Source of the DNA: Bryobacterales bacterium | GTDB lineage: Bacteria > Acidobacteriota > Terriglobia > Bryobacterales > UBA6623 | NCBI GenBank assembly: GCA_041394905.1 | Contig: JAWKHJ010000018.1 | Span: 3,217 to 67,216, forward strand | Direction of reading: 5' to 3' | Length of the DNA stretch: 64,000 nucleotides | Shown: positions 31,735-41,540 of the stretch, piece after piece | How positions within the stretch are numbered: position 1 is the first letter of the stretch | Layout of the letters: the number at the start of each line of letters is the position of its first letter | Notes under the pieces: model-generated | The model's database searches: none | Told to the model about the DNA's origin: nothing | Seen by the model: the letters and a program-made list of their open reading frames with translations, nothing else | Translations under genes and position numbers: made by a program

Positions 31735-33017
31735 CCTACCCGATACCTTTCTAGCTTTCTCTCGTCAAACTCGACGCCAATGCCGTGACCTTCCGGCACG
31801 CGCGCGTCTCCCGGGCTCCAAGCAAGCGGATGTTTGAGCAGATCGTTGCCGAAGGGCCGCTCGAGCAGTGTGCCGCCCTCGATGATGACCGAGTTGGGCG
31901 TGTGCGCGGCCAGGTGCGTCGATGCCGCCAAATAGAGCGCCGTTCCAGTAGAGACGTGCGGAGACCAGAGCACGCCATGTACGTCCGCCAAGATGGCGAT
32001 CTTACGGCACTCGGTCACGCCGCCTGCACGACAAACGTCCGGATTGATGATGTCGACGGCTCGCGCCGTGAACAAGTCGCGAAACTGGAATCGGTTTGAA
32101 ACCTCTTCTCCCGCACAGATAGGCGTCTTGAGCGAGGCGCTGAGTTCGGCATAGCCGCCGATGTCCTCGGGCAGCAGAGCGTCTTCCCACCAGCCAATGT
32201 TGGACAACTCGTCGAGCCGTGCGCCCACCTCGCGCGCTTCGTGGATCTTGTACGCGCCGAGCGAATCGAGCAACAGCTGGCCGTTCTTCCCGATGGCTTC
32301 TGATGCTGCGAACACGCGCTCGATGTCCGACGTGCCGGCGCCCTTCGCCAGACCCATCTTCACGGCGGAGAAGCCTCGCTCGAGCGCCGCACGCGCGTTG
32401 CGTTGCAGCTCGTCGAGGGTGCGGCCGCCTAGGCTCGAATACGTCGGGATAGCATCACGGTATTTGCCGCCCAACAAGCGGTAAAGCGGCTGCTCAGTGT
32501 ACTTGCCCAGCAAATCCCACAGCGCCAGGTCGATGCCAGCGATCGATTCTGTGAAGAAGCCGGTGGCGTAGCCGCGTGTGCGCTGGCTCGAGTAGAGCTT
32601 TTCCCACAACGGTTCGACTTGCCGCGCGTCCTGCCCAACCAGAATCGGAGCGAACAGATCGCTGACAACCGCCTCGTGGACACGTGGCGCGGCGGGCGCA
32701 TGACTCTCACCCCAGCCGACGAGCCCCTGCTTGGTGGTGATCTTGACCAGCAACGCTTGGGTAGCGCCGTGGAAGCGGGAAGGCGACGCGTGATCGAGCC
32801 GGTTCCAGAGGCCTTTGCCGCCGGTCATCGCGCCTAACGGCGGCATCTGGATGTAGTGCTCGGGCGGCTGGTCTTCAACAGGCGTGCGAATGACAATCGG
32901 CTCCGCGCTTTGGATCTCGAGCGGCCCGTTGCCCGCGGCATGAAGGCGATCGAGCAGCGGAGCGGCGGAGAGGCCGAGAGCGCTCGAGAGGAATCGGCGG
33001 CGGCTGGTCTTCGACAT
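31731..33017 (-). CDS. enolase-superfamily enzyme (mandelate racemase family) with twin-arginine signal peptide
   Basis: ATG at 33017 (MSKTSRRRFLSSALGLSAAPLLDRLHAAG) inside ORF 31731..33476. GWGESHAP, IAGIDLALWDLLGK, and the ligand pattern LLLD / WWED / AGEE. Confidence 0.8.
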   Translation of the reverse strand: MSKTSRRRFLSSALGLSAAPLLDRLHAAGNGPLEIQSAEPIVIRTPVEDQPPEHYIQMPPLGAMTGGKGLWNRLDHASPSRFHGATQALLVKITTKQGLVGWGESHAPAAPRVHEAVVSDLFAPILVGQDARQVEPLWEKLYSSQRTRGYATGFFTESIAGIDLALWDLLGKYTEQPLYRLLGGKYRDAIPTYSSLGGRTLDELQRNARAALERGFSAVKMGLAKGAGTSDIERVFAASEAIGKNGQLLLDSLGAYKIHEAREVGARLDELSNIGWWEDALLPEDIGGYAELSASLKTPICAGEEVSNRFQFRDLFTARAVDIINPDVCRAGGVTECRKIAILADVHGVLWSPHVSTGTALYLAASTHLAAHTPNSVIIEGGTLLERPFGNDLLKHPLAWSPGDARVPEGHGIGVEFDERKLERYRVG

Positions 33018-33040
33018 GGAAGCGGTATTCTCGGACGGTC

Positions 33041-33826
33041 TTACTGGGCGTCCTGCACGCAGCGGAAGCCCAAATTGGGGGTCTTCTGATTGGGGCGAAC
33101 CCAGTTGCGGAAGAAAACGGTGATGCGTCGCGGACCGCTGGACCACGAGCCGCCCCGGATGACTTTGTACATCCCGGTCTCCGGTCCCTTGGGGTTGGCG
33201 GCCGGACTGGCTTCGTAATAGGTGCGTTCGAACCAGTCGCTGCACCATTCCGCCACTCCGCCGGCCATGTCGCGCAGCCCATAGGCATTGGGTTTGCGTT
33301 TGCCGACCGCGCTTGGGCCCAGAGGAGTATTGAACAGCGCGACCGATGTGGTCGGCTTGTCGTCGCCCCAAGGATAGTCGAGCCCTTCCAGTCCGCCGCG
33401 GGCGGCTTTTTCCCACTCGGCCTCGGTCGGCAGACGTTTGCCCGCCCAGGCGCAATAGTCGGAGGCGTCCTGCCAATCCACGTTGTAGACCGGGAGGTCC
33501 TTTTTCTCTTCCGGCATCTTGCCGCCCAGCCAGTGGTATGGAGGTGTGTGGTGGGTCGCTTCGACGAACGCGGCGTACTTGGCGTGGGTAACCTCATCGA
33601 CGTCCATGTAGAACGCGTCGATCAGGACCGTGTGTACAGGGCGGTCGTCGCGCAAGGCGAGCGGCCGCATGCCCTTTTCGTCATCGGCAGTCAATCGGTG
33701 ACGGCCCATCGAAAACTCGCCCGCGGGAATGAGAGCCATGCCCATCGGCGCCTTGGGCGCGGCGTTCTCCGCCGCCGTCAGCGTTGTCGCGAGCGCGAGC
33801 CCGATCAAGACGCGGAACGCGTTCAA
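33041..33826 (-). CDS. secreted FGE-sulfatase-fold (SUMF1/EgtB-like) domain protein lacking the FGE Cys pair
   Basis: ORF track 261 aa. Signal peptide, YCAWAGKRLPTEAEWEKAARGG, NAYGLRDMAGGVAEW and RGGSW...GFRC. The start overlaps the DUF1501 stop by 4 nt. Confidence 0.8.
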   Translation of the reverse strand: MNAFRVLIGLALATTLTAAENAAPKAPMGMALIPAGEFSMGRHRLTADDEKGMRPLALRDDRPVHTVLIDAFYMDVDEVTHAKYAAFVEATHHTPPYHWLGGKMPEEKKDLPVYNVDWQDASDYCAWAGKRLPTEAEWEKAARGGLEGLDYPWGDDKPTTSVALFNTPLGPSAVGKRKPNAYGLRDMAGGVAEWCSDWFERTYYEASPAANPKGPETGMYKVIRGGSWSSGPRRITVFFRNWVRPNQKTPNLGFRCVQDAQ

Positions 33827-35208
33827 ACGAAGAGCTCCTCGATTTCGTCAGCGATGCAGGGCTCGGTTGCGCCCAACGGATCGACGAAGCGGTAGACACG
33901 TTTGGACGGCGTATTCGTGATCTCCTTGGTCCAATCGATGCCCAGCGCGGAGTAGACCGAAGCGACGATGTTTTCGGTTTTCGGCTGCATCTTGTGCTTC
34001 CAGCCCGTCTCGACGCAGTGCTCGCCGTCAGCGTCCGTCTTGCCGATGATGCGGCCGCCCTTCACGCCGCCGCCAGCGAACAAGCCGACGTAGCAGAGGT
34101 TGTAGTGGTGCCTCCCGGCGACTCCGTTGAGCTTGCCGGGTACACGTCCAAACTCGGTCGGTACGGCGATGACCGTCTCGTCGAGCAAAGTCTTTGCGGG
34201 GTCGCGCGGAGAGGGCGTCGACTCGAGATCGGTGATCAGGTTCGCCAACGCCTGGTCGAGTTTGTTGCAGTGCTCGTAGTGGTTGGAGCCAACCTCGTGG
34301 TTGAAGATGTTCTTGTGGTGATCCCAACCCGAGTGCTTCACGTGGATGTAGCGCGTACCGGCGTCGGCTTGCACCAGGTTGCGCGCCAGCAGGCAGCCCA
34401 GACCGACTTCGTTGTCGCCGTAGCGCTCTTTGTCCGCAGCGGCGAGGTCAAGCGCAGCGGGCCAGCGCGAGTCGCCAAGCACGTGATAAGCCTCTTCCTG
34501 GAAGGAACGGAAGCCCTCCAGCTCTGGGCCGCGGCGGCCTTGTTCGCGCGCAATGGCTTTCTCGAGGTCACCAAGCAGGCGATAGCGCTCTTCGAGCAGA
34601 GCCAGAGCTTCGCCCTTGGCTGCAACCGAACCCGCTCCCGCGCCGGCGTCCACATCAAGGCCGGAGTACCGCGGGTGCAGGAAGCCGCTCGGCAAGGCGG
34701 ACGATCCAAGATTACAGGAGATGAAAGTCGGAAAAGTATCCGACTCGCGGCGCTGCGAATAGAGTTCCGACGAAACAATCGAACCGACGGGCGGAATCTC
34801 AGCGACCTGCGCCGGATTCAATGGACGGCCGGCGCGCGTGTAATACTCGCCGCGGAAGTGCACCACCTCGTGGCTCTTGAACGAACGCACGATCGAGACT
34901 TTGTCCATCAGCGCGGACAACTGCGGAAACAGACGGTAAGAGAGATACAGATCGTTGCGGATTTGACGCACGTCGAAATCTGCCTGCGTACCCTCGTCCT
35001 CCTTGAAGTCGAAGGTATCCACATGGCTGATCGCGCCGGCCGCCTCCACGATGATGGCAAAGCGCGCCGTCCCGCGAGGGTTGGCCCGGCCGGCGGCGCG
35101 AACCTTCGAAGGCCACAGACCTTCTCCGACGAACGCACCGAGCAGGCTAGCCGTGCCGTACTTGAGCACGTCGCGGCGGGTGGCGATGAGGTCTCTTACC
35201 GTGCGCAT
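33823..35208 (-). CDS. DUF1501-family protein (alkaline-phosphatase/sulfatase fold) with Tat-type signal
   Basis: ATG at 35208 (MRTVRDLIATRRDVLKYGTASLLGAFVG) inside ORF 33823..35457. AGAISHVDTFDFKED, SGWDHH and TEFGR motifs. Confidence 0.8.
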   Translation of the reverse strand: MRTVRDLIATRRDVLKYGTASLLGAFVGEGLWPSKVRAAGRANPRGTARFAIIVEAAGAISHVDTFDFKEDEGTQADFDVRQIRNDLYLSYRLFPQLSALMDKVSIVRSFKSHEVVHFRGEYYTRAGRPLNPAQVAEIPPVGSIVSSELYSQRRESDTFPTFISCNLGSSALPSGFLHPRYSGLDVDAGAGAGSVAAKGEALALLEERYRLLGDLEKAIAREQGRRGPELEGFRSFQEEAYHVLGDSRWPAALDLAAADKERYGDNEVGLGCLLARNLVQADAGTRYIHVKHSGWDHHKNIFNHEVGSNHYEHCNKLDQALANLITDLESTPSPRDPAKTLLDETVIAVPTEFGRVPGKLNGVAGRHHYNLCYVGLFAGGGVKGGRIIGKTDADGEHCVETGWKHKMQPKTENIVASVYSALGIDWTKEITNTPSKRVYRFVDPLGATEPCIADEIEELFV

Positions 35209-35237
35209 GTTTCTGTTTCCCTTTGCATGTCGTCCAT

Positions 35238-37145
35238 TTAATAGTTGAAAAGAAACTCCGGCTTGTTGACGAGGGCCCACTGCAGGTTTTCGAGTCCCTG
35301 TTTGCGGTCCTTGTCGAGCGCGCCTAGCGCCACGTCCATCTCGGCGGCGACGGGGCGACGGGTCAGCGTCGCGACGTAGAGCTTCTCGACGAGCGCGCGA
35401 TTTAGAGCGCGAGTCATCTCGTCTTCCGTGGGTTCGCGGCCAGTGGCGGCGCGCCACGCTTGCTCGATGTCGATGCGATCTTCCTCGGCATGACCGAGCA
35501 ATTGCGCCACGCGACTCTCGCCCTCGGCCTTGACACGCTCGAGCACGACGTCGGAATTCATCATCAGCATGGCTTGCAGAGAAGAGGTCGGCGTGCGTGT
35601 GGGCATTTCGTCCCGCGTTTGCTGACCGAAGGCGCGCATCAGTTCGCCGACTTCGCTGTTCACGTGCGCCGGGTCGAGCAACTGCCGTGCTAGCTGCACG
35701 CCGTCCACGCCGCTGTCATAAGAACCCGGTACCGCCGTCGCCGTGACCAGTGAGTCGTGCAACTGCTCCGGGCTCAGCATGCGCACGAATTTGCGATTGA
35801 AGGTTCGCGCATACTCCGGCTTCCACTCCGCATCGAATTGCGACGAGAGCTGGTAGGCGCTCGAATTCATGATCGTGCGAATCAGATGTTTGAAGCTGAA
35901 ATTGCTCTTTTGAAAGTCCTTCGCCAGGTCGTCGAGCAATTCGGGGTCGGAAGGCTGCACCGTCCAGCCATCCGGAATGTCCTGGCTGGGGTAGTAGCGA
36001 TTGAGGTCGAAGTCCTCGATCGGCTCGACGATGCCGAATCCCATCAGCTCGGACCAGATGCGGTTCGTCGTCGCGCGCGCGAACTGGATGTGACCGGTGA
36101 GCAGGCGAGCAAGCTCGTCGCGCGGCAGAGCGTCAGGGCGCGCAGCCTCGTTCGTCAGGATGAAGTGGGGCTCGTTCGATCCGCCGGTGCGCGGAACGCG
36201 CACGATGCTCTCGCCTTCGGTCGGGTAGCCCGGCTCCACGTCGTCAACGGTGTACTCCGTGTTGGCCTGGAAGCCGTTTTCCCAGTTCATCAACATGCGC
36301 GTGCGGCCGAAGAACGACGCCTGCTGAAAGAACTGCTCGCGTGTGTGGGCGGTCAGCCACAGGTTCACCTTCTCCAAGTGATTGGCGCCGTCGTGGCAGG
36401 AGATGCATCCAAAATTCATCCCCAGCAGCACCTTGCCGTACGTGATCGTGAACTCATCGATCGCGTCGGCGCGGTTGACCAGATCGTGGGCGTCGGGCTC
36501 GTCCGGGTCGTCCTTCGCCTTCACGAAGTCGCGCGCGAAGTAGAGCCCGCCAGGCAAAGAATGGCTGCTCTTGCCACCCTGCGTCAGCAAGTCGGTCACC
36601 ACTTCGTTGTACGGCCGGTCGAGGGTCAGCCATTCCTCGATCCAGAAGTGGAACAAGTTTTTCCCGTAGCCCATGCGGTTGCCCGCGCGGAACAGGTCCT
36701 CGAAGTAGTAGGACCAGCGCTCGACGAACTCCTTGCTGTCGACCAGCTCGTCGATCAGCCTTTCGCGTTTTTCCGGGTCGTCATTCCGCAGGAACGTCTG
36801 CGTCTCCTCGAGCGTCGGAATGCGCCCGATGGCATCTAAATAGGCTCGGCGCAGGAACTCCTGGTCGCTCGCGATACCTGCATGCGGGATGCCCTGTTGC
36901 TCGATCTTTCCGAAAATGTGGTCGTCAATGAAGTTGCGCTTCTGGACATGCAGGGAGGGTGCGTCCGAGCGAAGCGCAGCGGTTTGGCGGGTGAGCTCTT
37001 CGGCCGTCTTTGCCGCATCCGCCGGCTCGGACTCCAGCCTTTGGTGCGCGCGCTCCATGCGCTCGCGAGCCTCGGGCGTCAGCGTTTGCGCGGCGGACAT
37101 GGCCGCGAAACACATAACGAGCGCTGCAATTCGGAACATTGGCAT
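35238..37145 (-). CDS. DUF1549/DUF1553 (PSCyt2/PSD1-like) protein with signal peptide
   Basis: ATG at 37145 (MPMFRIAALVMCFAAMSAAQ) inside ORF 35238..37526. FLRRAYLDAIGRIPTLEE (DUF1549), CISCHDG, C-terminal LQWALVNKPEFLFNY (DUF1553). Confidence 0.8.
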   Translation of the reverse strand: MPMFRIAALVMCFAAMSAAQTLTPEARERMERAHQRLESEPADAAKTAEELTRQTAALRSDAPSLHVQKRNFIDDHIFGKIEQQGIPHAGIASDQEFLRRAYLDAIGRIPTLEETQTFLRNDDPEKRERLIDELVDSKEFVERWSYYFEDLFRAGNRMGYGKNLFHFWIEEWLTLDRPYNEVVTDLLTQGGKSSHSLPGGLYFARDFVKAKDDPDEPDAHDLVNRADAIDEFTITYGKVLLGMNFGCISCHDGANHLEKVNLWLTAHTREQFFQQASFFGRTRMLMNWENGFQANTEYTVDDVEPGYPTEGESIVRVPRTGGSNEPHFILTNEAARPDALPRDELARLLTGHIQFARATTNRIWSELMGFGIVEPIEDFDLNRYYPSQDIPDGWTVQPSDPELLDDLAKDFQKSNFSFKHLIRTIMNSSAYQLSSQFDAEWKPEYARTFNRKFVRMLSPEQLHDSLVTATAVPGSYDSGVDGVQLARQLLDPAHVNSEVGELMRAFGQQTRDEMPTRTPTSSLQAMLMMNSDVVLERVKAEGESRVAQLLGHAEEDRIDIEQAWRAATGREPTEDEMTRALNRALVEKLYVATLTRRPVAAEMDVALGALDKDRKQGLENLQWALVNKPEFLFNY

Positions 37146-37147
37146 CT

Positions 37148-38101
37148 TTACTTTACCCGACGAAATATCTGCACCCGGTTGCCATTCACCTCCGCGACGA
37201 ACAGGCGTCCGTCCGCAGCCGTTGCCATCAGGTGCGGCAGCTGCAGCGTCTGCGCGTCGCCCCACTGCGCCACGAGCTTGCCGTCTTTCAAGCTGAGGTG
37301 GTTGATCTTGTTGGCATCGCCGTCGCTCACCAGCAGAACGTCCCCCACGACTAGAGCGCCAAACGGATTGCCGAAGCCGCCCCAGGCGCCGAGGAACTTG
37401 CCCTCGGGTGAAAACACCTGGATACGGTTGTTCCCGCGGTCGGCCACGTAGATGCGGTCCTGCTTGTCGATCGCGATTCCGTGTGCGGCCGCGAACTCGC
37501 TCTCGCCCTTGCCTTTCTTGCCCCATTCGCCCACGTAGGAGCCGTCGGCCTTCAAGTGGACGATGCGCCCGTTGCCGGCGTCGGCCACGTAAATGTCGCC
37601 GTTGGAGGCGAACACCAAATCGTCGGGCGAGCGAAACAGGGTCTCCCCCGCCCCGGGCGTCGACTCGAGCCCGTAGGTCGCGAGCAATTCGCCTTGGGGC
37701 GAAAACTTGCGGATCACGTGGCGCCCGTTGTCCGTCGTCCAGATGTTGCCGTCGGGCCCGACGCGCAGCCCATGCGCCACCTGGAACATGCCGTCGCCGA
37801 AGGCGTTCACCATCTTGCCCTTGTCGTTGAATGCCAACAAAGGCGGCTCGCCCCGGTGCAGAATATAGACGTTGCCTTTGGCGTCGACATCGACCGCGGA
37901 CATCGCCCCCAAGCGCACCGCTCCCGGGATCTCGACGAAGCCCTCGGAGACGTAGGGCTCGGCGGCCATGGCAGCCGTTGCGAGCAAAAAAAGAGCCACG
38001 GGGACCAGCGCTTGCGACCGTCCCCGCAACGGATGGCGGACGCGGAGGAGACAGCCACGAGTGACTGCCCCCAGCGCGCCGGATTGAAGCAAATTCTTCA
38101 T
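37148..38101 (-). CDS. secreted NHL-repeat six-bladed beta-propeller protein
   Basis: ORF track 317 aa. Repeated GxxxxPxGxAVDxxGNIYVAD-like blades (GNVYILH, GNIWTTD, GDIYVAD, DRIYVAD). Confidence 0.8.
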   Translation of the reverse strand: MKNLLQSGALGAVTRGCLLRVRHPLRGRSQALVPVALFLLATAAMAAEPYVSEGFVEIPGAVRLGAMSAVDVDAKGNVYILHRGEPPLLAFNDKGKMVNAFGDGMFQVAHGLRVGPDGNIWTTDNGRHVIRKFSPQGELLATYGLESTPGAGETLFRSPDDLVFASNGDIYVADAGNGRIVHLKADGSYVGEWGKKGKGESEFAAAHGIAIDKQDRIYVADRGNNRIQVFSPEGKFLGAWGGFGNPFGALVVGDVLLVSDGDANKINHLSLKDGKLVAQWGDAQTLQLPHLMATAADGRLFVAEVNGNRVQIFRRVK

Positions 38102-38105
38102 AGCT

Positions 38106-41100
38106 CTAGAAGATCAGCTTGAGGCCAAGCTGGATGACGCGCGCATCGCGCGCCGCCGTGATGGTACCGAACGAGCCACTGGCATTGAAGCCGTCCGGGC
38201 CAGGCGAGAAGCTGTCGTTCACCAGCTTGTAGTTCGTCTGGTTGAGGAAGTTGAACGCCTCGGCGCGAAACTGCACGTTGAATCGCTCGCTGATCCGAGT
38301 GTCCTTGATCATCGAAAGGTCCCAATTGACTGCGCCGGGGTGCCGCACGTCCGGTAAAGCGCGTCCTACGTTGCCGAAGGTAAAGTCCGGCGGGTTGACG
38401 AACTGCGTCGTGTCGAACCAACGCTGCGGCGTGCGCTCGCCACGCGGCAATGCGGCGCTCACACCAGTCGAATTGGGACGGTCGGCCTGGAAGTTGCTCG
38501 CACCGCGAACGGTTACCGGCACGCCGTTTTGCATCACGCCGATCACGTTGAGCTGCCATCCGCCGACGATCTTGCGCATCACGGCGCTGCCCGGATCGAA
38601 ACGCCGACCACGTCCGAACGGCAACTGGTAGATGCCGCTCAGCACAAGTCTGCGCGAAACGTCCGTCGGGTCGATCGAACGTGCCGGTTGGCGGTTATAC
38701 AACCCGTTCTGGAAGCCGTTCTCATTCACCTGCTCCACCGAGCCGAAGTTAACCGGGTTCGCGAGCGAATCAGAAATCCGCTTGCCGCCGGTGAACGCCG
38801 CGTGCAACAGCAATCCGTTGGTCAGCCGCTTCTTCACCGTCAATTGCAGCTGGTGCGAAACGTAGTTGCCGAGTCTGGGGTTCCGGATGCTTACGGAGTT
38901 GTAGTACGGAAACGCCATCAGTGAACGCTCACGCGTGATGGTGGCCGCGCCAAGGCCGCCGGGCGCCATGCCGGCATACGGATTGGGCACGCGGTCGTTC
39001 AGCGACTGGCCGAGTGCTAGGCGTGTCGCCGGGTCAATCTGGTTTAGGTTGTAGCCCGACCCGATGAAGTGGTTGCCCTTGTTGCCCGCGTAGCTTGCTT
39101 CGAACATCCAATCCTTGATTTGGTGCTGGATGCCGAAGTTCCATTGCTGGGTCAGCGGCGTGGTCTTGTCCGACTCGGTCAGGTTCACTGACTGCCCCAA
39201 GCGCGCGGCCGGGCCGGCGGAAGCGCCCGGAGACTCGTCGGGAGCATAGGGCAGACCGTTCTCGAACTGGAAGGCGGCCAAGCCGGGCGTCCCCGTCACA
39301 TATTGCGTGCGCGTGCTCGAGAACAGCGTGACATCGCCAAGGAAGTTGCGCCAGAAGATCGACGGATAAAACACACCGTAGCCGCCACGTAGTACCGTCT
39401 TACCTTTGCCGGTCACGTCGTAGGCAAAGCCAAAGCGTGGCGCGAAATCGTTGTGATCCTCGTTCAAGAAGGTCCGCGGCTGGCCGTCGACGCCCGCGAA
39501 GACCGTACAGCCGGTCAGGCCGTTGGGTAGCGTGCAGGTCGGGTCGAAGTTGATTTGGCCGTTGTTGCGCTCGTAGGGCTTCTGCTGGAAGTCGTAACGC
39601 GCGCCCAGGTTGAGGGTCAAGCGGCGCGAAACCCTCCAGTCGTCTTGCAGGAAGAAGCTCCAGGCGACGGCATGCCAGGAGTTGCCCAAAATGCGGTCGA
39701 TGCTCGCCGAAGAGACCGAACCGAGCAGGAACTGCGCCATGTTGGAGCCGGTTCCGCTGGTCCTTTGCGGGTTGGTGGTCAGCCCGCTGAAGGCGTAGTT
39801 GCCGGACAGAGCCGCGCCCTGCTTGTTGCCGCCGTAGAGGTTGCGGTAGTTTGCCCCAATCTTGAGCGTGTGCGAGCTCTTCACCAGCGTGACCATGTCC
39901 TGCACGTCCCAGTTGAGGGAGGTCCGCGTGCCGGCAGCGCCGCCGCCGATCGTGCCAAAGCCGAAGTTCACCTGCGGCATCTGATCGTTGGGCACGCTCG
40001 CGGGCAGGCCGAGCTTGCTCGGCCAGTCCTGGCCGAAGTTGACGGCCGTAAAGGCAAACGCCTGGCGCATGATGCCCACACGCAGGTTGTTGATCACGGT
40101 CGGCGAAAACGTGTGTGTATCGGAAACGACGGCGTTGCGGTTCGTCTGATCGTCAAAGCGGTTGGAGCCCGCATTGGGATCGGTGAAGATCGCGTTCGAC
40201 GAGGGCTGGTGGCGCGACTGCGTGTAGCGCACGAAGATCGAATTCTTGTCGGTGATGCGGTGGTCGACCTTCGTGTTCCATTGCGACCAATCGACGTTGC
40301 TCGCCGAGACGTCCTGGTAATTCTGGCTGAAAGTGTAGGCGTTGACCGGCGCACGGTTGGCGTTGGGCCACAGCGCAACGATGTTCGGTGCGACATTGTC
40401 AAAGCGGGTCTGCGGTACCTGATTGTTCGCGAAGACATCGCGGACAAGACCAGAGCCCGCCGGATTGGGCCGCGTCGTCGCCGGATCATAAACCGGGATC
40501 GAGGCGCCCGAGGCCGTGCGTAACTCGCTGAAATCGCCCTGTCGGAACGGCGCGATCGGAACCGTCGAGATTCGCGGGTTGGAACGGCGCAGACGATACT
40601 CTTCCCAGTTGAAGAAACCGAACGTACGATTCTTGATGATCGGGCCGCCGATCGAGGCGCCGAACTGGTTGTAGCGCAGCGGCAGCTTCGTCCCCGCGAA
40701 GGTATTGCGCGCATCGAACTTGTCGTTGCGCAGAAATTCGTAGGCCGTGCCGTGGATCTGATTGGTGCCGGAACGGGTAACCAAGTTGACCGCACCGCCG
40801 GCCGTGAAACCAAACTCCGCCGACATCGTGCCCGATTGCACTTTGAACTCTTCCACCGCATCGACAGCCGGCGGAACGCCAATCTCGCCAACGTAGCTCA
40901 GCGTGTTGTTGTTGCCGTCGAGCATCTGGGCGTTCATCGAGTTGGGGCTGCCGTTGATCGAAATCGACGAAAGCGCGATGCCACGATCCCCGAAGCCGGA
41001 GTTCGTGGGGCCGGCGTTCGAAACCACGCCGGCGTTCAGCATGGTCAAGGCGAGCGCGTTGCGCCCGTTTAGAGGCAAGTCCGCCACGCTTTTGCGCTCG

Positions 41101-41507
41101 ATCACTTCGCCCAGAGTCGCGTCCGATGCGCTCACCAGCGGAGCCTCGCCCGTGACCTCGACCACCTCGGCCACCGCGCCAACCTCGAGCGTCAAGTTGA
41201 TCTGCGCGATCTGATTCACTTGCAAAGTCACGCCGCTGTGGACGGCGCGCTTGAAACCAGCCGACTCAGCGGTAATCTCGTACTCTCCAACGGCGAGACC
41301 GGGCGCAACGTATCCGCCGCGCTCGTTTGTCACCGTCGAAAAGACCGCATTGGTCGACGTGTTCACGACATTCACCTGTGCTCCGGGAATGACTGCGCCC
41401 TGCTGGTCGCTCACCGTTCCCGAAATCGTGCCCATGCTCTGCTGGCCAAAGGCGGTCAGCGCACACAAGGCGCTCAGCGCAACAATGCGCATACCTCGAA
41501 CCTTCAT
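38106..41507 (-). CDS. TonB-dependent receptor, CarboxypepD_reg-plug-barrel type (paralog 1)
   Basis: ORF track 1133 aa, intact. Signal peptide, GTISGTVSDQQGAVIPGAQV, and C-terminal LGLKLIF aromatic end. CAGGAGG ribosome-binding site about 12 nt upstream. Confidence 0.9.
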   Translation of the reverse strand: MKVRGMRIVALSALCALTAFGQQSMGTISGTVSDQQGAVIPGAQVNVVNTSTNAVFSTVTNERGGYVAPGLAVGEYEITAESAGFKRAVHSGVTLQVNQIAQINLTLEVGAVAEVVEVTGEAPLVSASDATLGEVIERKSVADLPLNGRNALALTMLNAGVVSNAGPTNSGFGDRGIALSSISINGSPNSMNAQMLDGNNNTLSYVGEIGVPPAVDAVEEFKVQSGTMSAEFGFTAGGAVNLVTRSGTNQIHGTAYEFLRNDKFDARNTFAGTKLPLRYNQFGASIGGPIIKNRTFGFFNWEEYRLRRSNPRISTVPIAPFRQGDFSELRTASGASIPVYDPATTRPNPAGSGLVRDVFANNQVPQTRFDNVAPNIVALWPNANRAPVNAYTFSQNYQDVSASNVDWSQWNTKVDHRITDKNSIFVRYTQSRHQPSSNAIFTDPNAGSNRFDDQTNRNAVVSDTHTFSPTVINNLRVGIMRQAFAFTAVNFGQDWPSKLGLPASVPNDQMPQVNFGFGTIGGGAAGTRTSLNWDVQDMVTLVKSSHTLKIGANYRNLYGGNKQGAALSGNYAFSGLTTNPQRTSGTGSNMAQFLLGSVSSASIDRILGNSWHAVAWSFFLQDDWRVSRRLTLNLGARYDFQQKPYERNNGQINFDPTCTLPNGLTGCTVFAGVDGQPRTFLNEDHNDFAPRFGFAYDVTGKGKTVLRGGYGVFYPSIFWRNFLGDVTLFSSTRTQYVTGTPGLAAFQFENGLPYAPDESPGASAGPAARLGQSVNLTESDKTTPLTQQWNFGIQHQIKDWMFEASYAGNKGNHFIGSGYNLNQIDPATRLALGQSLNDRVPNPYAGMAPGGLGAATITRERSLMAFPYYNSVSIRNPRLGNYVSHQLQLTVKKRLTNGLLLHAAFTGGKRISDSLANPVNFGSVEQVNENGFQNGLYNRQPARSIDPTDVSRRLVLSGIYQLPFGRGRRFDPGSAVMRKIVGGWQLNVIGVMQNGVPVTVRGASNFQADRPNSTGVSAALPRGERTPQRWFDTTQFVNPPDFTFGNVGRALPDVRHPGAVNWDLSMIKDTRISERFNVQFRAEAFNFLNQTNYKLVNDSFSPGPDGFNASGSFGTITAARDARVIQLGLKLIF

Positions 41508-41540
41508 CGAAACCGAACCTCCTGTTCCCCATTCGGAAAG

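Noticed and set aside
33041-35208. The idea that the FGE-fold protein matures the DUF1501 sulfatase-fold protein by formylglycine formation.
   Set aside because: No CxPxR or SxPxR target motif is found in DUF1501 or its neighbours. The FGE-fold protein also lacks the paired catalytic cysteines after RGGSW. The adjacency is kept only as an unexplained coupling.
31731-37526. Long N-terminal extensions of ORFs 31731..33476, 33823..35457 and 35238..37526.
   Set aside because: The extensions overlap the preceding genes and are Arg/Gly/Pro-rich. Internal ATGs at 33017, 35208 and 37145 are each followed directly by a Tat or Sec signal peptide and fit the tight operon spacing.
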